Shown here in pieces: positions 20,094 to 29,389 of a DNA stretch of 64,000 bases (positions are counted from its first letter, which is position 1; each line of letters starts with the position of its first letter). Source of the stretch: a virus; the IMG/VR virus record IMGVR_UViG_3300028027_000001; one strand, 5' to 3'. The position numbers were made by a program, and so were the translations under genes. The notes beneath the pieces were generated by a model that was given only the letters and a program-made list of their open reading frames with translations, was not told the origin of the DNA and made no database searches.

Positions 20094-20949
20094 TAGCTTG
20101 TTCAAGTTCTTTTACTAAATCGTAATATTGTAATAGGTCAACTATATTGTTGTCTTTAATTTTATGTGTTTTACCAGGTATAGTAATCATGTTGATTATT
20201 TCATCAATTTTGATTTTAGTTACTTGGTTTTTTGTATGTTTGTTTATTTCTGTTAGTTGGGACTTGATTTCGTTTGTTTTATCAATATAAAATTCACGTA
20301 AGCGGGTACTGTTGTCTACTGAATTGATATATTCTTTAAGTACTGCTTTTTGATTTGAGTCGAAATTATTATATTTACTGTTAAATTTATCTAATGACAT
20401 TCTATATGCTAACAAACGTACATCTTTATCTGAATCGATAAATGCTTCCATTACGTCATCCTTTACTTTTTTCTCGGTAATAGGTGCAGCTGTTAAATGT
20501 TCAAGTATAGTTACTTTGTTATTTATTATTTGTTCAGGATTAACAGTATTTGGTGGGATATTATATGTTTCTAATAATGTATAAAACGCAGCAAATACTT
20601 TGTAATTAGGTAGTTTGTGATTAAAGAATTTTTCTAAATCGTAGTGTTCCTTAATTTCTTTAATTAAATTATACTTTTGGCGTTTAATAGCACCACGATT
20701 TAAAGTCTTGGAAGATTCAGCTAATGCATTTACTACTATATTTGCCTTAGTTTCAGTTAATGAAGTTTTTTTCAATAACGTTTCATATAGTTTATACTCA
20801 CGCCCTAACTCGGTTTTTACGAAATATTTTTTTAGTAGGCCTTTTACTGGTGAATCTTTTCCGTCTAAAGTGTCAGAGGTGATTTGGCGAACCAACAATT
20901 CAAATAATATTCCTGTATTTTTATACTTCGAATGTTTTATGAGATTCAT
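20086..20949 (-). CDS. Conserved-looking head morphogenesis protein
   Basis: IKHSKYKNTGILFELL N-terminus; immediately downstream of the portal gene. Confidence 0.6.
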   Translation of the reverse strand: MNLIKHSKYKNTGILFELLVRQITSDTLDGKDSPVKGLLKKYFVKTELGREYKLYETLLKKTSLTETKANIVVNALAESSKTLNRGAIKRQKYNLIKEIKEHYDLEKFFNHKLPNYKVFAAFYTLLETYNIPPNTVNPEQIINNKVTILEHLTAAPITEKKVKDDVMEAFIDSDKDVRLLAYRMSLDKFNSKYNNFDSNQKAVLKEYINSVDNSTRLREFYIDKTNEIKSQLTEINKHTKNQVTKIKIDEIINMITIPGKTHKIKDNNIVDLLQYYDLVKELEQANG

Positions 20950-20989
20950 TCTATATAGTTTAGTTTAATTATAAATATGGTAAAATATG

Positions 20990-22888
20990 TTACTCTCGTA
21001 TTTGTGACTCATCTAGTAGCGAATTTCCGTTAATATCTGATTCAAATATGATACGTTTTTTATTTTGATTTATTTGGTTAAATAAAGCCGCGTTGCGTTT
21101 TGGGTGTTTTTTTGATTCAAGTGCTAACGGAGATCCACCTTTGTAGTTTGGTTTAATTGAATCTGAGGAGTCATTATCTTTTTTCATACCCATAACACCA
21201 AGTAAATCTTTACCAAATGCACTATCTTGAGTATTACGATTGGTTACTTTTTCTTCAGGTCGTCCAAGTGGATTTTTCTCATCGTATCCATCAGGTAATT
21301 GGGTATCTTCGTATCTTCCTCTACCATACAATGATGCTAAATCGTGTGGAGTACCATATGATTTACCAGTTTCAAGTGGATCGTTTCCTTCGTTTTCAAT
21401 TTGAGCTAATCTAAATTTACGCTTAGCATCTTGCATTATCAAGTCTTTATATTCATCAAATTTATCTTCACTAAACTGGAATATATGCTCATAAATAAAA
21501 TCGGATGGTAATAATTTATTTTCCATCATAGAGTTGGCTAATTCTACTTTTTCTTTAAGTAATGCAATTTTTTCTTGTTCGAATATGATTGATGGGTTGG
21601 TTAATGATAATTCAAAGTTTGTTAAATTTTCATCAGTATAACCTTGTGAATACAAATGCACTAATGCTATCTTAGTTAATTCAGATACCATAATGCTTTG
21701 TATGCGGGAAATGGTACGAGCAAAACGAATATCTTCAGCAGCTAAAGTTGCTTTACCCGTTAAATCTTTTTCATAACCCATAAATGCTTTTGGGACCTTT
21801 AAAGCAGCAAATAATTTGTCACGCAAATATTCAACATCCTGGATCCCATCATATTGTAAACCACCTAAATTATCTATTTTGGTTGCTTGATCATTACCGC
21901 GTACTGGGATGTAGAAATCTTCAAGCAGGTTTTGCATGTTATATTTCAAGTTATAATCACCAGTTTGTTGGTCAATATATGGAGTACGTTTCATTTTAGA
22001 AATGGTTTTCTGCATGAAATTTTCTACTTCTGTTGGTGCAATATTACCTACGTTGATATAGAATATACGTTTTTCAGGTGCCCTTACAATCCTATGAATT
22101 AACATAGCATCTTCCATCATCGTATACTGTTTAAACAATTTACGCCCTGGTTCTAAGTATGATCTACCATATGGTAAAAAGTTAGTATCAGTTAATAAGC
22201 GGAAATGAGCCATTTCGTAGTTATCAAAGTATACATCGTTTGCTTGATTAGCTGAATTAGGCACATTGTAATAACCATAGTTAGATGGGGATGAAACGCC
22301 ATCTGGTTGGAATTTATATCGCACCCCTGATGGGTTATCTCTATCATATCCGTCTTGTCTTTCAATATGGAATGCGTTAAATGGTATTACGTTATACACA
22401 CCAAACTTTTCAGATATTTCTAGTTTAAGGAAAAAGTCACCGTATTTGCACATACCTCTAACCCACGGCCATAAATTAAATTCAACGTTTAGAACGTCGT
22501 AGAACAAATTATATAGTATCTTTTGAATATCTTCATCTGAGCTGCGGATTTGAAGTATTTCCCCCATATCGTTTTTCAATGTACTTTCATCAGCAATGAT
22601 ATCTAATGCTGATGCTACAATAGCATCGGTATCCATTGCATCATATTCAGAATACAATGTAGGGCGTAATGTTTGGTAGTTAAAACTACTTTGATAACCA
22701 TATATTGAAGTATGAGTATTTGTCCATATTCTACTGAATCTATCTACCAATGAATTGGTTTCGTATTTTCCAGATTGTTGAATTTTATTTACATCCATCA
22801 CCTTCAATCCAGCTCCACCCTCATTACGAATGATGACATCTGTTGAAAATAATCGTTTTAATCGAGGTAATAAATTTGTGTTAGCCAT
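20990..22888 (-). CDS. gp20: Portal protein, T4 gp20 family
   Basis: MEDAMLIHRIVRAPEKRIFYINVGN, LEDFYIP and DVEY..KLF.ALKVP motifs. Confidence 0.97.
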   Translation of the reverse strand: MANTNLLPRLKRLFSTDVIIRNEGGAGLKVMDVNKIQQSGKYETNSLVDRFSRIWTNTHTSIYGYQSSFNYQTLRPTLYSEYDAMDTDAIVASALDIIADESTLKNDMGEILQIRSSDEDIQKILYNLFYDVLNVEFNLWPWVRGMCKYGDFFLKLEISEKFGVYNVIPFNAFHIERQDGYDRDNPSGVRYKFQPDGVSSPSNYGYYNVPNSANQANDVYFDNYEMAHFRLLTDTNFLPYGRSYLEPGRKLFKQYTMMEDAMLIHRIVRAPEKRIFYINVGNIAPTEVENFMQKTISKMKRTPYIDQQTGDYNLKYNMQNLLEDFYIPVRGNDQATKIDNLGGLQYDGIQDVEYLRDKLFAALKVPKAFMGYEKDLTGKATLAAEDIRFARTISRIQSIMVSELTKIALVHLYSQGYTDENLTNFELSLTNPSIIFEQEKIALLKEKVELANSMMENKLLPSDFIYEHIFQFSEDKFDEYKDLIMQDAKRKFRLAQIENEGNDPLETGKSYGTPHDLASLYGRGRYEDTQLPDGYDEKNPLGRPEEKVTNRNTQDSAFGKDLLGVMGMKKDNDSSDSIKPNYKGGSPLALESKKHPKRNAALFNQINQNKKRIIFESDINGNSLLDESQIRE

Positions 22889-22910
22889 ATATATTTTAAT
22901 TATTTTTTAT

Positions 22911-24491
22911 TCAAAGCAACCATGATATATCTTCGGTGCCATTTCCGTATGGGTTAGGTATGTTGAATTGGTTTTGGTTTGAACCATTCATATAACCACC
23001 AGCATATGGGTTTGATGTTGTATTAATACTATTTAATATACTTCGAGACATATCCATACCTTGTTGTCTCATTTTAAATGTTGTGTCTCTTAAATAACAC
23101 CCAATAGAAAAGGCCATTACTAGGTCATCATTATATCCTGTCTGTGCTTCAGCACGGCCATTTTTCCAAACAAACACTTTCATTTCCTCAAATAACCTAG
23201 ATGAATATATGATTCCACTTTTGTCTCTCACAGCTTCTTGGAACTTTCCTATAGCTACTGGTCGATTTTGTTGGTTAAGGTTAAATCCCGCTACCATTTT
23301 ACTACTATCCATTACTGGATCAAAATATGAATTAACGCTAGATCCTTTTGGTGTATAGTATAAGTTAGGATACCCACGATCAATTATAGTCTGGATGGTT
23401 GACCAGCCAATAGATGCGTTTTCTACGGCTAATAAAGCATTATTATATTCGGTTGCTATACCAACAAGTAAATGTCCAAATTCAGTGGTGGTTAATTGCC
23501 CCCTATATTCACCCACTTGTTTAAATGATTCAACATCAAATATATGGAATGTTGAAAAATCCTTTCCATCACCTCTAGCAACGTCTGCCGCTACCATGTA
23601 ATTGCGAGAATAATCAGCAGGTTCCCATATCCATAAATTTTGGTCAACACCTCGTTTTTCCAATGGTTCTCGAATATATGTTTGAGATATAAAATCCATA
23701 TCTTCTGGGGTGAATACAGTATCACCGGATGTTGAGAAATCACAATCACACTCTTGTGCCGCCATACGAATACCTAAATCCGCGTCCTGTTTATCTCTCC
23801 AATTTTGGTCTCGTTCAGGGTGGACACTCCAAGGTAATTTGATTGGCAAGAATGAATTATCACCCATTTCAGCACCTAACCATGTTTTATGGAACCAGTT
23901 ACCTGTACCATATGGTGTGGATAATGCGATGCAGCCCCCACCAGTTGCTAGGGTTTGTTGAGCAGATGCCCATATCTCACCAATGTTGTTGATGAATGCA
24001 GCCTCATCAATTAGTAGCAAAGATACTGCTTCTGATCGACCTGCATCAGATGATGCTGATGTTGCTTTAATTTGGGAACCGTTGTTGAGACGTAGGGTTA
24101 ATTTGTTATCTTCAACTGGTTTGTCTTTTTCACGTAACCATGTAGGTAAATTGTCGTACATGAATTTTACCTTGGTTACAATATTTTTTGCAGTATCCTG
24201 TTTAGTGGCAATACAAAGTATGTTTTTATCTTGATGGAATAACATTAACCATACCGCATAACCTGATGCTAATGTAGATATACCTAACTGCCTGGATTTA
24301 AGTACGATTGAATACGGGTTTTCTTGGAATAATTGAAGTACCTTTTCCTGGAATGGGTATAATTGGAATTGGATGCGTCCGCGTTTAGGGTGTTGGATAT
24401 AACAATATTTCTTCATGAAATATGCTGGAGATTGGGAGCATTTAATGTATTCTTCCCTGATTACTTGGCGTAGGCTTTTATTTGATTCCAT
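22911..24491 (-). CDS. gp17: Terminase large subunit
   Basis: KSRQLGIS Walker A, LLIDEAAF Walker B, STPYG coupling motif; DVARG.G.D and DDLVMA nuclease motifs. Confidence 0.97.
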   Translation of the reverse strand: MESNKSLRQVIREEYIKCSQSPAYFMKKYCYIQHPKRGRIQFQLYPFQEKVLQLFQENPYSIVLKSRQLGISTLASGYAVWLMLFHQDKNILCIATKQDTAKNIVTKVKFMYDNLPTWLREKDKPVEDNKLTLRLNNGSQIKATSASSDAGRSEAVSLLLIDEAAFINNIGEIWASAQQTLATGGGCIALSTPYGTGNWFHKTWLGAEMGDNSFLPIKLPWSVHPERDQNWRDKQDADLGIRMAAQECDCDFSTSGDTVFTPEDMDFISQTYIREPLEKRGVDQNLWIWEPADYSRNYMVAADVARGDGKDFSTFHIFDVESFKQVGEYRGQLTTTEFGHLLVGIATEYNNALLAVENASIGWSTIQTIIDRGYPNLYYTPKGSSVNSYFDPVMDSSKMVAGFNLNQQNRPVAIGKFQEAVRDKSGIIYSSRLFEEMKVFVWKNGRAEAQTGYNDDLVMAFSIGCYLRDTTFKMRQQGMDMSRSILNSINTTSNPYAGGYMNGSNQNQFNIPNPYGNGTEDISWLL

Positions 24492-24492
24492 A

Positions 24493-24921
24493 TTATTTAA
24501 TGTAAAGGAAAATTGATATAATAGCTACAGTACCTATTAAACCCGCAGATAAATATTTTGTTGTTGCCCTATAAATATCTAGTTGGTTTTGTTTATTTTC
24601 ATTATCTGATTTGAGTTCAGCTACCATATATTTTTGAAGGGATATAGTAGTATCACGTAAAGATAATTCTTGAACATATGTTGATGTTTTATCGCGATAT
24701 ATTTTAATTACGCTATCACGTTCAACTAATGATTTTCTATACTGCTCCATAAGAACATGGGTATATTTCAATTCAGCAATTGCTGAGTCTCCTTTAACTA
24801 GATCAATGACTATGTGTTTTGCTGTTGGGTATGGGAAACAAATTTTATTTGTATCGATTTGTGAAAAAACTATAGAGTTGAGTAGAAGTATAACGGTTAA
24901 TATCCTTAATTTTAGTATCAT
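24493..24921 (-). CDS. Spanin-like protein (signal peptide, coiled coil, C-terminal hydrophobic segment)
   Basis: Overlaps the 3' end of 24845-25198 in another frame, as in overlapping Rz/Rz1 pairs. Confidence 0.45.
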   Translation of the reverse strand: MILKLRILTVILLLNSIVFSQIDTNKICFPYPTAKHIVIDLVKGDSAIAELKYTHVLMEQYRKSLVERDSVIKIYRDKTSTYVQELSLRDTTISLQKYMVAELKSDNENKQNQLDIYRATTKYLSAGLIGTVAIISIFLYIK

Positions 24922-25198
24922 AATATGAACGTGTGTCGATTATTTGTTGTTGGGTGTTTTGAATGGCATTATTTAGTGAGTCTATATTTCGAGTATGGTA
25001 GATTAAAGTGCCATCTAATTTATGTTGTTTTAACTGTAGTTGTTTGATAACCCCAGATATACTGTCTATTTGTGTTTGTTGTTTGGTTAAATCTATTGGT
25101 TTTGAACCGCATGATTTAGTTGATATAAATAAAACAACAAGGGCAATACATAATAGTATTACCGTTGATAAATTAATATGAATTACCCTGTCGTTCAT
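24845..25198 (-). CDS. Spanin-like membrane-anchored coiled-coil protein
   Basis: N-terminal hydrophobic helix followed by a coiled coil. Confidence 0.5.
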   Translation of the reverse strand: MNDRVIHINLSTVILLCIALVVLFISTKSCGSKPIDLTKQQTQIDSISGVIKQLQLKQHKLDGTLIYHTRNIDSLNNAIQNTQQQIIDTRSYYDTKIKDINRYTSTQLYSFFTNRYK

Positions 25199-25204
25199 GT
25201 ATTA

Positions 25205-26401
25205 TTACATTTTTACTTGTTTCAATTTTTCAATTGCTGCTTCAATACGCATTTTTTCAGCAGTTAATGCTTTACGTTTTTCCATATCAGGTGAACCAAC
25301 CATTGCTTTAAGTTCAGCTGTCTTAGCGTCCAACGCTTTTTTTAATTTACCATATTTGTCACCAGCGTTTATTGCACCACCTTTAACACTAGCTGCCATT
25401 TTCATTGCTGCTGCGTCTTCTTTGTCTACTGGTTCAGTTTTAGCTGTTGTAGGTTTTTCTGCTTTAGGTTTTTCTGTTTTGGAAGAGGGGGTTGATTTTG
25501 GTTTTGTTGATTTAGGTTCAACTGCAGGTTTTTCAGTTGATTTACGTCCACGTTGTCCTGGTTCATATTCACCTAGTGCTTTTGCTACTGCTTTTTCTGT
25601 TTGAGGACCACCTAAATTAGATGTGTATTTTGGGTCGTCACCATATTTTTCTTCTTGTGCCATTAACGCATCCTCTACTTCTGGGGCAAATTCAGGGCGT
25701 TTCTTTTTACTTAATATGATTTTTGAGATATCTTTTGCTGTTGCATCTGGGAATTTATCTTTTAATTTTTCAGATGCAGACTTAATTGCATTGAATAGTT
25801 CTGTGCCTTTCTCACCACCGATGAAGGGCATTTCATTTAATGTTTCTTCGTCAAGTTGATTACTTTCATCTAATCCTTGCTTTTCTGCATTAACTTTTCG
25901 TAAAAAGTCAATGTAAATATTTTCATCTTTACCATTCAGTCCATAAACGCGTGCGTGGTAAAGGTTCGGGTCATCTTCATTCCATGAAATTTTAACTCCA
26001 TCATTAAACTTAGTAATTACTCTACCTAAACCCATATCCTCCCAATCAGATCCAGAAATAGAAATCTCATTATCTTCATTCAATGACGTGCCTGGTTTAG
26101 ATAATTCTTGTTTAGTTTTATTTAACGCGGTAATTTTTTTATCAATAGCCATGCGTTGAGCATCTGCTGCTGCCTTATTTGCGGCTGCGTCTTCGTTTAC
26201 ATTGAAAGTATTAGCAGTTGCTTCTAATTGTGCTATTTGAGCATCTAGATTATCACGCAATTGTTTCAATTGTTCTACTTGATCTAATAATTTATTCATT
26301 TCACGTTGTTGTGTTTGTGGTGAATCATACATTTGTTCATTCTCACCTAAATAATTAGATATTTCTTCGCGGATAATGCCCATTAAGTAATTTTGTTTCA
26401 T
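25205..26401 (-). CDS. Putative internal head protein
   Basis: LMGIIREEI leader, multiple LxE sites, Lys/Pro-rich C-terminal region. Confidence 0.55.
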   Translation of the reverse strand: MKQNYLMGIIREEISNYLGENEQMYDSPQTQQREMNKLLDQVEQLKQLRDNLDAQIAQLEATANTFNVNEDAAANKAAADAQRMAIDKKITALNKTKQELSKPGTSLNEDNEISISGSDWEDMGLGRVITKFNDGVKISWNEDDPNLYHARVYGLNGKDENIYIDFLRKVNAEKQGLDESNQLDEETLNEMPFIGGEKGTELFNAIKSASEKLKDKFPDATAKDISKIILSKKKRPEFAPEVEDALMAQEEKYGDDPKYTSNLGGPQTEKAVAKALGEYEPGQRGRKSTEKPAVEPKSTKPKSTPSSKTEKPKAEKPTTAKTEPVDKEDAAAMKMAASVKGGAINAGDKYGKLKKALDAKTAELKAMVGSPDMEKRKALTAEKMRIEAAIEKLKQVKM

Positions 26402-26417
26402 TTGAATATATTTTTAA

Positions 26418-26960
26418 TTATAAATATGCGGGGAATATTGTCTGTTTAACTTTGAGTACCCTTTCCTCAACGGAACCCGTTAATTCTGCGTAATTTTTCA
26501 TTTGATATGAATGTTTACGACATATACTTCTGATTTCATCATCCACAGACATTCTATATTCTGGGTCTATGGTTCGCACTCCATTATCTTCGATTGCTAC
26601 CCCATCAGGTGATATGTAGAATATATAGTCGTATTCGGATATTAAACCATATGCTAAATTGCGGAAATCTGATTTTAGATAGAATGGGATAGATTTGGAT
26701 AGTTCAGTAAATGCAATTACATCAATTATTGTACGGTCAGTGATAATATTAGTACACATTAATTCACTAGCACGTTCAGCAGCAAATATAATTTGCCCCT
26801 TAATAGTTGAATCAGTATTGAGTGGTACTCCCAAATCACGCAAGTATTTTGAACGTTCTGTGGTGAATGTATATCCTTCAAATTCAGGTAATTGTTTGAG
26901 TGCATTTACGAGTGTAGTTTTGCCTACCGAAACACTGCCTGTGAAACCTATTTTAGCCAT
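26418..26960 (-). CDS. NadR/AAA_28-like P-loop kinase
   Basis: GSVSVGKTT, IITDRTIID, YDYIFYI and EDNGVR motifs. Confidence 0.75.
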   Translation of the reverse strand: MAKIGFTGSVSVGKTTLVNALKQLPEFEGYTFTTERSKYLRDLGVPLNTDSTIKGQIIFAAERASELMCTNIITDRTIIDVIAFTELSKSIPFYLKSDFRNLAYGLISEYDYIFYISPDGVAIEDNGVRTIDPEYRMSVDDEIRSICRKHSYQMKNYAELTGSVEERVLKVKQTIFPAYL

Positions 26961-26978
26961 ATAATTTATTATTTAATG

Positions 26979-27010
26979 TGAATATATGAAGCCCCGATTG
27001 GGGCTCCAAA
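26979..27010 (-). promoter_or_regulatory. SigmaA-type promoter with a hairpin in its spacer
   Basis: TTTG-N20-TATATTCA; the spacer contains GAGCCCC-AATC-GGGGCTT. Confidence 0.65.
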
Positions 27011-27096
27011 TATTGTTTAACTAGAACTCGATAGTATCGCCTTGTTCCCATTCATTTTCCATAACACAATTATTTGAGGGGTTATGGAGATAAATA

Positions 27097-28404
27097 TTAT
27101 TTAATTAATGAATCTGCGATATAGATACCATGTAATGCTGAAATGTATATTCCTCTAGCCCCAGCAGCATCTCCTTGTAAGTGGATATTTGGATATTTTG
27201 GTAGAGATAAATTGTGTTTGTTTAGTACTATTTCATTGGTTAAGAATTTTACTTCAGGACAATAGAATATATAATTGTCGTCAATACCAAATGTTGAATT
27301 TAAATCAGATATAAACTCCATAATATAGTCGGCATATTTACCGAATCCTTCTTTGAATTTGTCCAAAGTGATTTTATATCCAGGTACGGATCCACCTTGA
27401 TCAGTTTGGGATGGTTCTCTATCTGTTGGTGAGTAGTATGCTGCTTTACCTTCGGATTGGAAGAATTCCACTAATTGTTTACTGAATGTAAATGGATCTT
27501 CAATACCACGCGCCTCAAGTAATATACCGAAATTGGTTAAATCATTGAATTTGTCTGGGTCTTTATGAGCATGACCATTAAATGATTTCATCCCGTATGT
27601 TTCTTCTTCTGCTACGAATGCAGCGAAATTGTTTGTGCAAAATGAACGGGCGCTATCGTCGCCAAATTTCTTGTACAATTTAAAATCGTATGCTATTTTG
27701 TTTAGTTCGGTGAAATATTTTCCGTCTGTTTCGTAACGCACACCAATTTGTGCTGGTTTAGGTGTAGTGTCTAGTTGGTATTCTTCGATTAAATCCGACA
27801 AGAAGTCCATTCCCGATTTACCTGTACCAACAATTAACACATCATAGTCAGTATAATTATGTACGGTTTCCCCAGCGTATTGAGTATCAAATATAACGCG
27901 ATTATGTTGTGCATCTATACTAGTAACATTGGCATTGTATACCTGGTATACACCACATTGCTCAAAGTACTCGAATATAGCTTTAACTTGTTGCTGACCA
28001 AAATCAGTACCCAAGTGATAACATGGTGATTGGCGCAACTCAAATGGTGAATCCTTGATGTATTGTGGTTTATCCGTTGGTTCAGTATACATTATTTTAG
28101 ATGCATCTGGGTGGTATTCTACAATATAGTCATACAATTGTTTGGATAATTGTTCAGCATATTCTTGGTTAGTACAATAGTGTGGGTAAAATATACCGCC
28201 TTGGTTGAATGATGGGATTACTTTAAAGTCACTCCATGTACCACAACCACCGGCCCCGGTCATAACATCCTCTGGTAATCTGTTGTGGATGTCTTTTCCC
28301 TTATCTATGATGGTGATTTTAGTAGCATCATAACCATTTTTAAGTAAGTGTAGTACAGCATATTGGGTAGATACCCCTGCACCAATGTATACTATTCTTT
28401 TCAT
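27097..28404 (-). CDS. FAD-dependent oxidoreductase, COG2509-like
   Basis: Rossmann IGAG..; GAGGCGTWSD, RSFCTN, NGHA, TNFGIL, PEVKF and GDAAG motifs. Confidence 0.8.
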   Translation of the reverse strand: MKRIVYIGAGVSTQYAVLHLLKNGYDATKITIIDKGKDIHNRLPEDVMTGAGGCGTWSDFKVIPSFNQGGIFYPHYCTNQEYAEQLSKQLYDYIVEYHPDASKIMYTEPTDKPQYIKDSPFELRQSPCYHLGTDFGQQQVKAIFEYFEQCGVYQVYNANVTSIDAQHNRVIFDTQYAGETVHNYTDYDVLIVGTGKSGMDFLSDLIEEYQLDTTPKPAQIGVRYETDGKYFTELNKIAYDFKLYKKFGDDSARSFCTNNFAAFVAEEETYGMKSFNGHAHKDPDKFNDLTNFGILLEARGIEDPFTFSKQLVEFFQSEGKAAYYSPTDREPSQTDQGGSVPGYKITLDKFKEGFGKYADYIMEFISDLNSTFGIDDNYIFYCPEVKFLTNEIVLNKHNLSLPKYPNIHLQGDAAGARGIYISALHGIYIADSLIK

Positions 28405-28423
28405 ATATAAATTTTAATTTAGT

Positions 28424-28455
28424 TGAATATACGTAAAATAAAAAGTGGCTCCAAA
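28424..28455 (-). promoter_or_regulatory. SigmaA-type promoter of the oxidoreductase gene
   Basis: TTTG-N20-TATATTCA. Confidence 0.7.
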
Positions 28456-28476
28456 TACTTTCGTATAAGGAGCCAC
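28435..28476 (-). terminator. Intrinsic terminator with a GAAA tetraloop
   Basis: GTGGCTCC-TT-ATAC-GAAA-GTAT-TT-GGAGCCAC then TTTTTATTTT. Confidence 0.8.
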
Positions 28477-28480
28477 AGCT

Positions 28481-28518
28481 TCCATAATTTTATTGAATCG
28501 ACAGGCTATGAATCTATC
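28481..28518 (-). other. Predicted H-type RNA pseudoknot in the 3' UTR
   Basis: S1 GAUAG/CUGUC, S2 UUCAUAG/UUAUGGA, A-rich loop 3. Confidence 0.4.
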
Positions 28519-28533
28519 TACATGTTTGGCTAA

Positions 28534-28842
28534 TTAATCACCGGTGTATGCTGAACCCATATGTCCTTTTCCTTTTCCTAAATCAACATATTTGGTGGAT
28601 TTAGGAGATGTTGGTTTTGGGTTAATTTTAATGCTTAAATCGTAAAGTTGTTCAAGTGATAGATCGGATAATGATTCTACATTATTTTTGTCTAAAAACA
28701 CATTGATTATAGATTCACGGTTTGTTTTAGCAGCAACATTTTTAATCCCACGAATCATCATTGATTTATCACGAGATTCATTTTCATTAATTACACGGGA
28801 TATTTCTTCCTTAATGATGCGACGGATGTCTGTTTTATTCAT
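28534..28842 (-). CDS. Small protein with IIKEEI leader (putative internal head protein)
   Basis: MNKTDIRRIIKEEISRVINE. Confidence 0.6.
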   Translation of the reverse strand: MNKTDIRRIIKEEISRVINENESRDKSMMIRGIKNVAAKTNRESIINVFLDKNNVESLSDLSLEQLYDLSIKINPKPTSPKSTKYVDLGKGKGHMGSAYTGD

Positions 28843-28857
28843 GTTTATATGTTTTTG

Positions 28858-29133
28858 TTACCCTACCCAAGACCTTTTTGTCCTCCTATTAAAATATATA
28901 GGACGGCCATTTTTCCTTCCCATTATAGTTATTTCGTCATTATCATCACTTTTACCTAATATTTCATTATATTCACTATCGTCTAATTCACGACCTAAAT
29001 ATTTTTCAACTTCAGATTTGTTATTTGGATTAACACCAGCTGCTTTTAAGTCCCTTAAAGTATCATACGATTCTTCGTTTAGTACTTTTTTAATTTCTTC
29101 TTTGATAATGTTACGTAAATCAGATTTTTTCAT
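28858..29133 (-). CDS. Small protein with IIKEEI leader (putative internal head protein)
   Basis: MKKSDLRNIIKEEIKKVLNE. Confidence 0.6.
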   Translation of the reverse strand: MKKSDLRNIIKEEIKKVLNEESYDTLRDLKAAGVNPNNKSEVEKYLGRELDDSEYNEILGKSDDNDEITIMGRKNGRPIYFNRRTKRSWVG

Positions 29134-29389
29134 GTTTATGTATTTTTATTTTTAATGTACCATCACCTTTAATTAATCGGTGATATATATGTTTCGGTAT
29201 AAATATATGTTCTTTTAGTGAGGTAGGCAAATTATTGTCTAACTGGATTTGCCAGTTTGTGTCTTCTAGGATTTCTATAGTGCGATCTTCAGCATCCCTG
29301 TGCCAAAGCATTTCGATTGGATCTACATTTTCGTTGAAGTTACGGATGATATAGGTATCGGTTATCTCTATGTCGGTGTATGGGGTCAT
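29120..29389 (-). CDS. Small cupin-like protein
   Basis: WHRD.EDR and IPK..YHRLIKG His motifs; ATG 29389 overlaps the upstream stop (TAATG). Confidence 0.6.
   Translation of the reverse strand: MTPYTDIEITDTYIIRNFNENVDPIEMLWHRDAEDRTIEILEDTNWQIQLDNNLPTSLKEHIFIPKHIYHRLIKGDGTLKIKIHKHEKI

Noticed and set aside
14713-24491. Introns or inteins in MCP, portal or terminase
   Set aside because: Lengths are ordinary, motifs are contiguous and no splicing motifs were seen
28441-28530. tRNA or tmRNA (GAATCGACAGG resembles a tmRNA 5' motif)
   Set aside because: No acceptor stem, T-arm or CCA end, and the intergenic space is too short; no tRNA was recognised anywhere in the window
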